Shown: positions 33,717 through 43,300, counted from the stretch's first letter. The stretch: 64,000 nt of DNA from a bacterium (GCA_965213625.1 CBDBZU010000004.1:3936001-4000000), one strand, 5' to 3'. Numbers and translations are program-made. The notes: generated by a model from the letters alone, not told the origin.

Positions 33717-34274
33717 GAGGGGTTGTTGAAAAAATCCTTGCAATTCGTTCGGATCTGACGCCTGAATGACGTCAAAACCGCAGTTGTCGGGACAAGCCCC
33801 CGTGCCTGTCCGGTGTCCGCCCGCAGTCGCCCGATTGGCCGGAAACAACGAGGGAGAAGTGTAGGGGTCGCATATATGCGACCATTCCTGTTCGCGAAAT
33901 GCGTCCCGCGATTTGATATTTGCCCTTTTGGGTCAAGGACGAGATTCAGGCGGTGGGACTACCAATGAGCGTGGTTTTGGTTCATCCGCATGGGTCGCAT
34001 ATATGCGACCCCTACAATATGTATGCGTGGGACGTTCCCGAGGGGATGGGCGGACACACAGGTCCGCCCCTACAACCCCATCGCGTATTGCGTAGCCGGA
34101 CAGGCGCAGGTGCCTGTCCGGGGGCCTGTGTATCCGCCCTGCCACCTGTGGTTGTCCCTTACGGTACGGGGGATCTCTATAGGCCGCTGCCTCGGGCCGT
34201 TCACAAGAACGACCCACTACATCTAAAAGAGGCAGTGCGGTTTTGTTCGCCATTCCGGCGAAAGCCGGAATCCA
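33717..34274. repeat. Composite repeat region (MITE-like end, GTAG REPs, CGTC-type remnant)
   Basis: GAGGGGTTGTTGAAAAA at 33717; inverted pair GTAGGGGTCGCATATATGCGACC (33861) / GGGTCGCATATATGCGACCCCTAC (33992); GGGCGGAC..GTCCGCCCCTAC (34048); CATTCCGGCGAAAGCCGGAATCCA (34251). Confidence 0.8.
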
Positions 34275-34302
34275 TTCTCAAGCAAAATGTCAATGCTCCG
34301 GG

Positions 34303-35466
34303 CTATTGGGCGATGAACTGCCGGTGCACCCAGTGGTCGTTTCCCCGGCGGATTTCCATGTAGAACGACCCGCTCGCCTTGCGCGTCTCAAGATTAATGC
34401 CACCCGGCATCGCACTCAAAGCGGGCTTTGCGGCGCGCGCGGAGTCGATGAATCCGGCGACCTCGACGAGCGTCGGCTGCCTGCGCTGCGACGCGCTTTT
34501 TTCCGCGATGGCTTCCGTCGCCGCCGCCTTTAACTGCCGCGACCACAGTTTCCGGAACAAACCGGCGCTTCCGAACTCATCGCCGCTGTTGATCCGGCCG
34601 TTCACTGCGAAGACATAGCCCACGGCGTCGGGATATTTTTCCAAAAGAGAGCCTAAGGTTTTTTCATAGTCGGCCTGGGCGGAGGCGAGCCGCTTGTTCT
34701 CCAGTGACAACTGGAGGCTCGTGCGCGAGCGCTCATCTGTGACCTGCGACCGCACGGCGCGTTCCAGCGACTTCTGCATCGCCCCGACCGAGCGCCATAC
34801 ATCGTCCTGATGGTATGAGCCCATGCGCCGCCGCGTCCCCTGCGAAATTCTCAATCCGGGCCATCTCTCCCTCAACCTCTCGAGCCTGTCGGTTTCGGGA
34901 GCGCTCTCTCGCCCCATGCTTTTCATGATTGCGATCTTCCCCGCCCGCGAGGGCATGCGGTACGCGGACGCCGAAAATGCGCCCACGTTCTCCAGGCCGC
35001 GCGGCGCCCATCGTCCCGCCTCGACGCAAAAGGCGCCGATGGGGATGTAGCCCGAGTTCGGGGGTATGATCATGCTGGCGACCAGCACGCGATCCTGCTT
35101 GCCGCCCTTGACGATGTCGCCCGACTGGATGAAGACCTCACGGTCGCCCAGGTTTCGGACCTCGAGGCGCCTGACGCTGCCGGTTTCGACGACCTTGACG
35201 AGGCCCCGCTTCATCGCCTCTTCCAGCGTGATCGGCGCAGGGACGGCTTTTCGGCCTTCGCGGTGAATCAGATAGACGGCGAGGTTGTTCTGCTCGTAGG
35301 GACCGCTCAGGCGATAGTCCTTCCCTGCTTTGGCAATGGCCGCTTGCGGCGGCAGCCCAATTGCGACCGCGCATGCGAGAAAAGCGGCTACGCCATAGGC
35401 CCGGAACAGTCTCGATGCGGCCCGCGCCTAGTGGAGCGGGCGTTCTTTCGACAGTGTGGTGAACAT
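34303..35466 (-). pseudogene. Secreted ARPP-1/DUF6569-like protein with in-frame TAG at codon 13
   Basis: ATG 35466 behind GAGGGGAG; MFTTLSKERPLH*ARAASRLF..signal-like segment..NLAVYLI..TLEEAM..GDIVKGGKQDRV..FCVEAGRW; may be intact if readthrough or an alternative start is used. Confidence 0.6.
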
Positions 35467-35624
35467 CGCCTGTCTCCCCTCGTGATCTCTCATCCCAGGC
35501 GGCGCTTATCTCCTGCGTAGGGATCGAAAAGCGGTATTGCCGTTCATTCTTATCCGGCAGCCGCTGCACGTATTCCTTCATTTCACACCATCTGGAATTT
35601 CGACGGGGTACGGTTCCATACGCC

Positions 35625-36090
35625 CATCATCCGGGCGGCGGAATGACGAGCATAGGCAAAAGGGGGCGGGGATTTTGTAGGGACAGGTCGCGACCTGTCC
35701 CTACGGTGGAATCCCGACCGAGGAGAGGGTTGTCGAAAAAGCCCTGTGCTGGGAGCGGGCGTATTTGACGCTCCATCATCGGTCGCGTCAAATCCTCGTC
35801 TCATCTGGCCGCCGTATCGACCTCACCCTGAGTAGCCGCCGAAGGCGGCGTATCGAAGGGCGCTCCCGATGCGCCCAGGCTCTCCCTCGATACGGCGCGC
35901 GAGCGCGCCTACTCGGGATGAGGGATGGGTGAATTCCGACTGAGGAAGGAGTGGCTGCAAAACTTAAAAAGGCGCAAACACTCATTCCTCATTCGAGTTT
36001 TACTCCCCACCGATTCAGCCTTCGCCCAAACCGCTCGGCTTCATCGTCGGCTTTCCCCGAGGGAAGCCGACCCTCAAGGGGGGAGTGGTT
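35625..36090. repeat. Nested repeats of several families
   Basis: Second exact copy of the 28-bp GTAG palindrome (35677-35704); GAGGGTTGTCGAAAAAGCCC end; CCTCACCCTGAG..CTCGGGATGAGG unit (35821-35923); CCCCACCGATTCAGCCTTCGC..CAAGGGGGGAGTG shared with 42780-42849. Confidence 0.8.
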
Positions 36091-36111
36091 CTTCTCTCTT
36101 TACGGACGACG

Positions 36112-36144
36112 AAAAAACGCCCCGCAGCGCGTGCGGGGCGTTTC
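36112..36144 (-). terminator. Intrinsic terminator after the molybdoenzyme gene
   Basis: AAACGCCCCGCA-loop-TGCGGGGCGTTT stem with T6 tail on the minus strand. Confidence 0.75.
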
Positions 36145-36173
36145 ATGCAATCGGTAGTGAGTGGTACGTTCGT

Positions 36174-38420
36174 CTAGCCTTGGCTTCCGTTCGTCTTCAG
36201 GCGGCCGAGCACTTCCATGACGTGATCCGGCGTGATGGGAATTCGCGTGATGCGCGCTCCAATCGCCTGGCCCGCCGCGCAGGCTACCGCCGCGGCCCCC
36301 GCCGTGCAGGGAGGCTCGCCGATACCCTTCGCCCCGAAGGGACCGAGGCCCTCGCCGGACTCCATGATCACGTTGTCCCACTCGGGCGTATCCACCGAAG
36401 TGGGGATGAGGTAGCCGTGGAACTCGTTGTTCAGGAGCGCGCCCTTTTGCGTCAAGACCTCTTCGGCCAGTGCGTGGCCGACGCCCATCATCGTGCCGCC
36501 CTCGAACTGGCCTTCCACGTGCTGCACGTTGATGGACTGGCCCACGTCGTGGCCCGACCAGTAGTTGAGTACGCGAAGCTCGCCCGTATCAACGTTCACC
36601 TCGACTTCCGCTGCGTGGATGCCGAACACGTAATCCATCCAGCCGCCCGCGTCGCCGTACTGCTCGTGGCCCTCAAACTCGTGGACGCCGATTTTCGTCT
36701 TGCCCACGGTGTGGAGGTCGACCCCCATCTTCTTGCACTGGGCCGCGGCCTCGGCGAAGGCGACGCCACGTTCCTCGGCGGCCTTCACGTAAACGCGCCC
36801 CTCGCGGATATCGAGATCCTCAGGGTTCGCTTCGAGCAGTTCCGCAGCGCCTTTCAGTATTCTGTCTCTAAGCTCCGTCGACGCGCGGTAGCACGAGCCG
36901 CCCGAGATCATCGTCTGGCGCGAGCCCGCCGTAACCCCTACGAGCGGGGTAACGTGGGAATCGGACATCGTGACCGTCACGTCCTCAAGAGAAATGCCGA
37001 GAGCTTCTGCGGCAATCTGGCGGTTCGTCTGCGTCTGGCCGGCGCCTACGTCCGAAGCGCCCGTGCGCACGTTCACGCTGCCGTCGAGATCGATGGACAC
37101 ATAGACCTCGCCCTCGTTCCTGGGCCTCCCGTATCCGCCGATGTTCGCGACGTACCCCACGCCCACGCGCCAGGGGCCGTGGTCTTTCTCGGGCACACGG
37201 CCCGCCGGGCGGCCGATGAGCTTCCTGGTCTCCTCGGTCAGTTCGGGCAGCATCACGCGCGAGGGCACGGGCTGGTTCTGCATAAGGGTCTCGCCCCTGG
37301 TGATAAAGTTCTTCTCGCGGAACTCGAGCGGGTTCATCCCCAGCCTGTCCGCGAGCTCATCCATCTGCGCCTCGTAAGCGAAGCAAACCTGGTTCGCGCC
37401 CACGCCGCGCATCGCCTCGGTGAAGGGGTTGTTCGTCCTGACGGCGCGCGCGCGGCCCTTTGCGTTGGGAATCTCATAGGGACCGCCGCTCACCACGAGC
37501 GCGCCCAGCAGCAGGCCCTTGCTGTTGGCCGTGTAGCCGCCCGCATCGCCGATGATGTCGACTTCTATGGCGGTGAGTTTTCCGTCCTTCGTGGCGCCCG
37601 TCTTGTACTTCATGAGGAAGGGATGCTTCTTGCTGCCGGTGTTCATGGTCTCTTCGCGCGAGTAGGCCATGCGCACGGGCCGCCCCGTCCGGATCGACAG
37701 AAGCGCCATGAAGGCGCCGAGCAGGGGGTGCTCCTTGCCGCCGAAGGCGCCGCCCAGCATCGGGCATTCGTAGCGTACGCGGCTGAGCGGAAGATTCAGC
37801 GTCCGCGCCACGTTCTGGTAGTTCTCGATCATCTGGGTGGGCACGCGGATGTTCACCACCCCGCGCTCGTCCACCCAGGCCACGCCGCCTTCGGGCTCGA
37901 TGAAGGCGTGATCCAGACAGGCGGAAAAATAGGTATTCTCCACAATCACGTCCGCCTCGGCGAAGCCGGCCTCCAGGTCACCCTTGTCCGTCTTCCAGTC
38001 GCAGACCACCTCGCCCTCTTCGAGGCCTGCGAAGTCATAAGCGCCCGGCAGCGGCTCGTAGGCGACGCGCACGCGCGAAGCCGCCTCTTCGGCCAGATCA
38101 CGTGTGTCGGCGGCCACGAGCGCGACCGCATCGCCGATGTCCAGAACGACGTCTTCGGCCAGTACCGGGAAATCGGGATAGCGGCCCGCGTTCTGACCGG
38201 GAATGTCCTTCGCCGTCAGGACGCAGTGCACGCCCGGCAGCGCGAGCGCCTCGCTCGTGTCAATTTCCTTGATCTTCGCCGGCGTCATCGTGGCGCGGAC
38301 GGCTTTCCCGTATATCTCGCCCGGAAGGTGAAAATCATCGCCGTAAACGGTATCGCCGACCGCTTTCGCCAGAGCATCTTCTTTCGTCGGCGACGTGCCG
38401 ACGTGCGTCATCTGAGCCAT
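36174..38420 (-). CDS. Xanthine dehydrogenase family molybdopterin-binding subunit
   Basis: GGAFGGK, AMRGVG, GAGQ, TAGSR, GQFEGG..MGVG, GAKGIGEP; start MAQMTHV behind GGAGG. Confidence 0.93.
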   Translation of the reverse strand: MAQMTHVGTSPTKEDALAKAVGDTVYGDDFHLPGEIYGKAVRATMTPAKIKEIDTSEALALPGVHCVLTAKDIPGQNAGRYPDFPVLAEDVVLDIGDAVALVAADTRDLAEEAASRVRVAYEPLPGAYDFAGLEEGEVVCDWKTDKGDLEAGFAEADVIVENTYFSACLDHAFIEPEGGVAWVDERGVVNIRVPTQMIENYQNVARTLNLPLSRVRYECPMLGGAFGGKEHPLLGAFMALLSIRTGRPVRMAYSREETMNTGSKKHPFLMKYKTGATKDGKLTAIEVDIIGDAGGYTANSKGLLLGALVVSGGPYEIPNAKGRARAVRTNNPFTEAMRGVGANQVCFAYEAQMDELADRLGMNPLEFREKNFITRGETLMQNQPVPSRVMLPELTEETRKLIGRPAGRVPEKDHGPWRVGVGYVANIGGYGRPRNEGEVYVSIDLDGSVNVRTGASDVGAGQTQTNRQIAAEALGISLEDVTVTMSDSHVTPLVGVTAGSRQTMISGGSCYRASTELRDRILKGAAELLEANPEDLDIREGRVYVKAAEERGVAFAEAAAQCKKMGVDLHTVGKTKIGVHEFEGHEQYGDAGGWMDYVFGIHAAEVEVNVDTGELRVLNYWSGHDVGQSINVQHVEGQFEGGTMMGVGHALAEEVLTQKGALLNNEFHGYLIPTSVDTPEWDNVIMESGEGLGPFGAKGIGEPPCTAGAAAVACAAGQAIGARITRIPITPDHVMEVLGRLKTNGSQG

Positions 38421-38446
38421 CGTTTCCTCCAGATAAATGCCAAAAG

Positions 38447-39445
38447 CTATCCGCGAAGGGCCGCCACGTCGACCACCTGACCCGTCGTCGCACTCTGTAC
38501 GACCGCCTCGAGCACGGCGACGACTTCGAGCCCCTCGGGCCCGCCCGTTTCGGGCGTCGCCTCGCCCCGGATGCACTTGCAGAACTCATCCATCTCATCC
38601 GCGAGCGCGTCCCCGCCCTCGACCTCGACTTCCGTCCGAGCATCCTCGCCCACCTTGGCCACGTAGAGCTTGCCGCCTTCTTCTTCGCTGTAGGCGCGCA
38701 TCTTCGTGCCGAAGGCCGCGGTGTCGCAGATTTTGGGAACCACGAAACAACTGCCGATATGGCCCAGCGGTCCGCCCTCGTATTCGATGATGATGCTCGT
38801 CGCATCGTCGAGGTTCGTCTTGCCGAGCAGCTTCTTGCTGAATGCGGCCACCCGCTTCGCGGGGCCGGCGAGGTACTGCAGGTTGTCGATCATGTGGACG
38901 CCCAGGCCCGTCATCGAGCCCGCGGGGCATTCGGCGGGATCGTTGCGCCAGCCGTCTCTTGCTTCGAAACCCATGGGAAGCGAGAGGTTGGCTTCGAGCT
39001 GATGCACCACGCCGAGTTCGTCATTGTCGATCATCTCGCGCATCTTGCGGTTCGCGCCTTGGCGGCGGCGGTGGTGTCCGACTTGCAAGGTGACGTTTGC
39101 GGCGGAAGTCACCTCGTTCGCCTTCTTAGCCTCATCGACGGTGAGGGTGAGCGGCTTTTCGACAAAAACGTGTTTCCCGGCCGATGCGGCCGAGGAAATC
39201 ATGTCCAGATGCGTGGAATGGGGCGTCGCGACGATGACGCCTTCCACCTCCGGGTCGTTCCACAAATCGTCCAGGCTGTCCGCCGTCCGGCAGCCGTGTT
39301 TCTCCGAAAACGCTTTTCTGGCGTCCTCGCTGCGCGCGAAGCCCGAAACCACTTCGCCCGAACCGCTGCGGTTCAGGGCGTCCACCAGAACGCCGCCCCA
39401 CCAGCCAAGCCCGATAGAGGCGAGGCGCACCTTATCCGTAGCCAT
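38447..39445 (-). CDS. Gfo/Idh/MocA family oxidoreductase
   Basis: IGLGWWG, ATPHSTH, GKHVFVEKP, VGHHRR. Confidence 0.92.
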   Translation of the reverse strand: MATDKVRLASIGLGWWGGVLVDALNRSGSGEVVSGFARSEDARKAFSEKHGCRTADSLDDLWNDPEVEGVIVATPHSTHLDMISSAASAGKHVFVEKPLTLTVDEAKKANEVTSAANVTLQVGHHRRRQGANRKMREMIDNDELGVVHQLEANLSLPMGFEARDGWRNDPAECPAGSMTGLGVHMIDNLQYLAGPAKRVAAFSKKLLGKTNLDDATSIIIEYEGGPLGHIGSCFVVPKICDTAAFGTKMRAYSEEEGGKLYVAKVGEDARTEVEVEGGDALADEMDEFCKCIRGEATPETGGPEGLEVVAVLEAVVQSATTGQVVDVAALRG

Positions 39446-39602
39446 TTTTCTGCTCCTTATTTCCTGAATAGATGAGTTACCGGCATCTTTTTGAAAATTT
39501 TATTGAGTAGAGTTCGCCTGATTGCATGCAGGGCGCACCATAACCCAAAGGCGCGCGCTTGAAAACCACACCAGAAGAAATTGATCTGCATAAATGCCTG
39601 CC

Positions 39603-39634
39603 AAAAAAAACCTCCTCCCGTCTCCGGGAGGAGG
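39603..39634 (-). terminator. Intrinsic terminator
   Basis: CCTCCTCCCG-GAGA-CGGGAGGAGG 10-bp stem followed by T8. Confidence 0.9.
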
Positions 39635-39755
39635 CTCTCGCAGGGGGTAGTTGCGAGAAGTATGAGTGCGTGGCGGAGGAGCGCCGACCCGATCAGCTAC
39701 TCCTTCCGCCGGCTAATTGAGGCGTGCCGCCTAAGAACGCCGCGATTAGCTCTGT
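39603..39755 (-). ncRNA. Candidate sigma54-dependent small RNA (~153 nt)
   Basis: Bounded by a -24/-12 promoter and a strong intrinsic terminator; four consecutive hairpins; no ATG-initiated ORF. Confidence 0.65.
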
Positions 39756-39764
39756 TCATATATT

Positions 39765-39781
39765 ATGCAAGCATCGTGCCA
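39765..39781 (-). promoter_or_regulatory. sigma54 (RpoN) promoter
   Basis: TGGCACGATGCTTGCAT, matches TGGCAC-N5-TTGCW. Confidence 0.85.
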
Positions 39782-39844
39782 TTTTCCCCATCATCAAAAA
39801 CTCGTTATTTTTCAACAATATACTATTTTTAACGATAGGTCAAA

Positions 39845-39889
39845 ATGACATTTTGTCATAGGCCGCACAGAAAAACGACAATTCGTCAT
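39845..39889. promoter_or_regulatory. Putative enhancer-binding-protein sites
   Basis: ATGACA-TTT-TGTCAT (39845-39859) and ACGACA-ATT-CGTCAT (39875-39889), at about -90 to -134 of the sigma54 start. Confidence 0.65.
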
Positions 39890-39926
39890 GGCTGGGGAGC
39901 GTTTTACGCCTGAAAACTACCTGCGA

Positions 39927-40559
39927 TTAACTCGAGCCGGGTGATTTATCGGGAAATGCGTCGAACGCTTCTGAAACGGCGGCTTTCATCTCATCGCCCT
40001 GGGAGAGCGCCGTCGTCGCGGCGGCTTGCGATTCCCACAGCGTCTCCCGAGAAACCAGGTCAACCAGGCGAATTTTCACCCTCGCCACGCACACCTCGAC
40101 GTCTTCGCAGGTGCGCCCGCCTTCGGCCAGTAACACCGCCTGGGCGCCCGAACGCTTAAGCGCCGCCAGATGAGTTCCTGCGATTTCGCCACTCGCGTTC
40201 AGCAGATCATCCGCCTCTTTCTTTTTGAGTTCCTCCGGCCAGCGAAGCGCCAGATAGCCCTTTTCACTCAAGGCTTCGCGAATCAGAAATGCGCCCGCTA
40301 TCGTCTCGATCTTCCTCACATCGGGCGCCTTCAGCCCCGCCTGCGCGTAGACGTCGCGGAAAAGCCCCGTCCAGTCGCTCGGGTAGCGAAACGGGGCGAC
40401 GACGACCCGCTCGAGCGTCTGTATTTTCTTTGGCCTGGCGACGCCCTGTATCGTCGATATCTCATAGGCGCAGCCCGGGACCACCAGGAGCAGGACGATG
40501 ATCAGTCCCGTACGAAACCGCGATGCGGCAATCAAGCGTTTCAAGTGCCGACATTCCAT
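39927..40559 (-). CDS. Hypothetical lipoprotein
   Basis: Basic N-region, hydrophobic stretch, VVPG-C lipobox-like; V.IRLVD....LW near the C-terminus; overlaps the peptidase stop; start uncertain. Confidence 0.7.
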   Translation of the reverse strand: MECRHLKRLIAASRFRTGLIIVLLLVVPGCAYEISTIQGVARPKKIQTLERVVVAPFRYPSDWTGLFRDVYAQAGLKAPDVRKIETIAGAFLIREALSEKGYLALRWPEELKKKEADDLLNASGEIAGTHLAALKRSGAQAVLLAEGGRTCEDVEVCVARVKIRLVDLVSRETLWESQAAATTALSQGDEMKAAVSEAFDAFPDKSPGSS

Positions 40560-41269
40560 GCGATTCGCTCCACCAGGCCGAGGAGCAGCGCATACGCATC
40601 CAGGCTTTCGCGCCAGATCGACACGCCGTACAAGGCCGCCACCGCCCACCCTCCCGTCGAGACGAGCACTGCGCCGCCGATGAAAACGAACCCGAAAAAA
40701 CAAATGAAGGCCCAGGAGAAAGCCCGGCCGCCGCGCGCGATGTCCGGCTGCGACGCGCCCAGCGCCCGGAGCGTCATAAGTACGTGCAGGCACAGCGTCA
40801 ACCCTGAGAGAAACGCCGTCGCCCAGCCAATCTGCGGGTACCCGAATGCCCAGCCGAGCAGCGCGCCCAGAAGCAGGACCATGATCGTCGGCAGCGGGAA
40901 GAAATAAGGACCGAGCGTGATGAGGGGGTTCGTTCCGCTCAGGCCCACCTTGCCGCTGCCCTCGTTCACCTCGAACGAACTCACCTTCTTGCCCGTGAGC
41001 AGGGCGAAGGCCAGGTGCGTGAACTCGTGCACGAAGGCGTATAGAAATTCAGGGGGCGCCAGGCGATGCCAGACGGCGTATGCCACAACACCGATGATGA
41101 AGGCCCAGCCTTCCGGCGCGGGCATAAATGAGCCTTCGCTGCCTACGAAAAATGCGGCCGGGAGAATCTTCCCGAATGCGAGCGCTGCCCCCCAGCAGGC
41201 GGGCAGCAGCAGGGCCGCGACCATCCAGACCAGGGGTCTGAAGAGAATCGTTTTCATCCACTCCACCAT
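40541..41269 (-). CDS. M50-like intramembrane zinc metallopeptidase
   Basis: FVHEFTH, G.V, LGPYFFP, QPDI among TM helices. Confidence 0.8.
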   Translation of the reverse strand: MVEWMKTILFRPLVWMVAALLLPACWGAALAFGKILPAAFFVGSEGSFMPAPEGWAFIIGVVAYAVWHRLAPPEFLYAFVHEFTHLAFALLTGKKVSSFEVNEGSGKVGLSGTNPLITLGPYFFPLPTIMVLLLGALLGWAFGYPQIGWATAFLSGLTLCLHVLMTLRALGASQPDIARGGRAFSWAFICFFGFVFIGGAVLVSTGGWAVAALYGVSIWRESLDAYALLLGLVERIAWNVGT

Positions 41270-41378
41270 TTCACGTTGCCTCGGGCTTTCAGGCGCCGAA
41301 ACGAATCATAACGCCTGCATGGCTCAAAGCCTAATCTCCAATAAATAAAGCAACCGCTGCTCCAGGTCCGGCAGCAAG

Positions 41379-41422
41379 TTGACCGAATTTACGGAATGTC
41401 ATATATTTAACCATATGGTTAA
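41379..41422 (+). promoter_or_regulatory. sigma70 promoter with overlapping palindromic operator
   Basis: TTGACC-17-TATATT then perfect palindrome TTAACCATATGGTTAA (41407-41422). Confidence 0.8.
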
Positions 41423-41596
41423 TCATTTATCCTCATGGGTTTATTAACGACAGGAGCTTTACTTGAACAACGCAAGAATTATTTCATGCATCCCGGGCCG
41501 AACCATCGCAGCTGGAAACGACCCGGAGAGAAGGCTGCACTCCGCAGCTTCAGTGCCGAACGAGGTACGCCCATTGCATTCGAACGTGGTGGGGTG

Positions 41597-42010
41597 ATGA
41601 TGGACGTCAAAAAACTGACTCTGGGAACCGCCGCCTATACGATCTGCACGTTCTCGCTCGCCGTGGTCTGGCATGTGCTCTTTTTCAAGGAGAGATACGA
41701 ATCGTTCGGCTACTTCGAGGGAGAGCCGAACTTTCTCCTCGGTCTGCTCACCATCGTGCTTCAGGGCATCCTGCTCTGCGTCCTGTTTCCGATGCTGAAA
41801 ACGGAGGGAAGCAGTTTTCGTCGAGGGTTCAGGTTCGCCCTGATCACCGGCGCCTTCTTCTGGACTTCCCACGTGCTCGCCTTCGTCGCCAAGCAGGAGA
41901 TGACGGGCGCGCCTGCGTTCATCTTTATGGAAACGCTCTATCTGCTGCTGCAATTCGGAGTGTTCGGCCTGAGCATCGGCATCATCCACCGCGAAGAGAA
42001 ATTCATCTGA
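41597..42010 (+). CDS. Small 4-TM membrane protein of unknown function
   Basis: Four hydrophobic segments, WH.LF...Y motif; start at 41597 or 41600. Confidence 0.75.
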   Translation: MMDVKKLTLGTAAYTICTFSLAVVWHVLFFKERYESFGYFEGEPNFLLGLLTIVLQGILLCVLFPMLKTEGSSFRRGFRFALITGAFFWTSHVLAFVAKQEMTGAPAFIFMETLYLLLQFGVFGLSIGIIHREEKFI

Positions 42011-42090
42011 CAAACATAGAACCGCAAGCCGGGAGTTATATGGTTAATCATTAAATTCTTCCACGCATAATTCAATGACAGGAGCTTCAC

Positions 42091-42609
42091 ATGAACGGAG
42101 CACAGATGATCGCCTTCACCCTGGAGATGAGCGACGGACTCGTGAAACGGGCGCTCAAAGGTCTCGATGATGCGGACCTCATGAAACGGCCCAGCGATCA
42201 GGACAACCCCATCGGCTGGCTGATGTGGCACAAGACGAGGGTCGAGGACTGCGCCTTTGCGGCCGTCGCCGGGGAGGAGCAGGTCTGGATCGCCGGGAAA
42301 TGGCACGAGAAGTTCGACATGGCGCCCGAGGCGATGCAGATCGGATTCGGGGACTCGCTCGAACAGGTGATGAACCTCAAATTCACGAAACAAGACCTGA
42401 TCGGCTACGCCAACGCCGTTCGGGCGAGGACGTCTTCGGTCCTGGAATCACTCTCGGCGGAGGACCTTGAAAAGGAAATGACCGACATCGGGGGCAACGC
42501 CGCCAAGACCGGAGAATACCTGGGGAGGGTGGCCTCGGACTATCACCAGCATTGCGGGCAGATCTGCTATCTCCGGGGACACATTACCGGATTCGGCTGG
42601 GCGTTTTAG
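42091..42609 (+). CDS. DinB family protein
   Basis: AGGAG RBS; NPIGWLMWH...ED, HCGQI.YLRG. Confidence 0.88.
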   Translation: MNGAQMIAFTLEMSDGLVKRALKGLDDADLMKRPSDQDNPIGWLMWHKTRVEDCAFAAVAGEEQVWIAGKWHEKFDMAPEAMQIGFGDSLEQVMNLKFTKQDLIGYANAVRARTSSVLESLSAEDLEKEMTDIGGNAAKTGEYLGRVASDYHQHCGQICYLRGHITGFGWAF

Positions 42610-42625
42610 GCTAATCCCGACCGGG

Positions 42626-42919
42626 GAGGGGTTGTTGAAAAAGCCCTGGAAGCGATTTTGAATTGCGCGGATGCTATTGAAGTTCACTCCCCCCTTGAGG
42701 GGGAGTCAGTGAACTGAGGGCGTAAGCCCGAAAGTGAACTGGTGGGGGGTATGATTCGGAATGGCAAGAAAACGCATTTTACCCCCCACCGATTCAGCCT
42801 TCGCAAAATATCGCTCGGCTTCATCGACTCCCCCTCAAGGGGGGAGTGAAATTTCCCACCTTCCCGCCAGGTGGGCAACATACGCTGAATCACGAAATCA
42901 GGAGTTTTTCAACAACTCC
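42626..42919. mobile_element. MITE-like non-autonomous element
   Basis: Inverted ends GGGGTTGTTGAAAAAGCCC / GGAGTTTTTCAACAACTCC enclosing CACTCCCCCCTTGAGGGGGAGT palindromic units; no transposase. Confidence 0.65.
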
Positions 42920-42964
42920 GATGAGGGAGGGTCGCTCCCGACCAAGAAGGAGGGATTGCTGACC

Positions 42965-43300
42965 ATGAATGCAGGAGCCGGTCTCGACGCGACTTTCTCC
43001 GCTCTTTCCGATCCCACGAGGCGGGCGATACTCTCGCGCCTCCGCCGGGGAGAAGCCACCGTCACCAGCCTCGCCGCGCCATTTGATATTTCCCTTCCTG
43101 CGATCTCGAAACACTTGCGCGTGCTGGAGCGCGCCGGCCTGATTCGCAGGGAAAAAAAAGGCCGCGTCCATCACCTGAGTCTCGAAGCCGAACCGATGCG
43201 CAAGGCGTCCGAGTGGCTCGATTTCCACCAGCGATTCTGGGAGGAGGGATTCGATGCCCTCGCCCGCTACCTCGATGAAACAACAGACACGGAGACTTAG
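42965..43300 (+). CDS. ArsR/SmtB family transcriptional regulator
   Basis: [27 protein letters not shown]. Confidence 0.93.
   Translation: MNAGAGLDATFSALSDPTRRAILSRLRRGEATVTSLAAPFDISLPAISKHLRVLERAGLIRREKKGRVHHLSLEAEPMRKASEWLDFHQRFWEEGFDALARYLDETTDTET

Noticed and set aside
31514-35704. Repeated 24-28-bp palindromes as a possible CRISPR array
   Set aside because: No regular repeat-spacer period, mixed sequences and orientations, no cas genes; they fit REP elements
35925-38480. 851-aa plus-strand ORF and other long antisense ORFs (e.g. 20355-22076, 11484-12911, 4613-6010)
   Set aside because: Shadow frames of well-conserved genes on the opposite strand, expected in GC-rich DNA; no recognisable motifs
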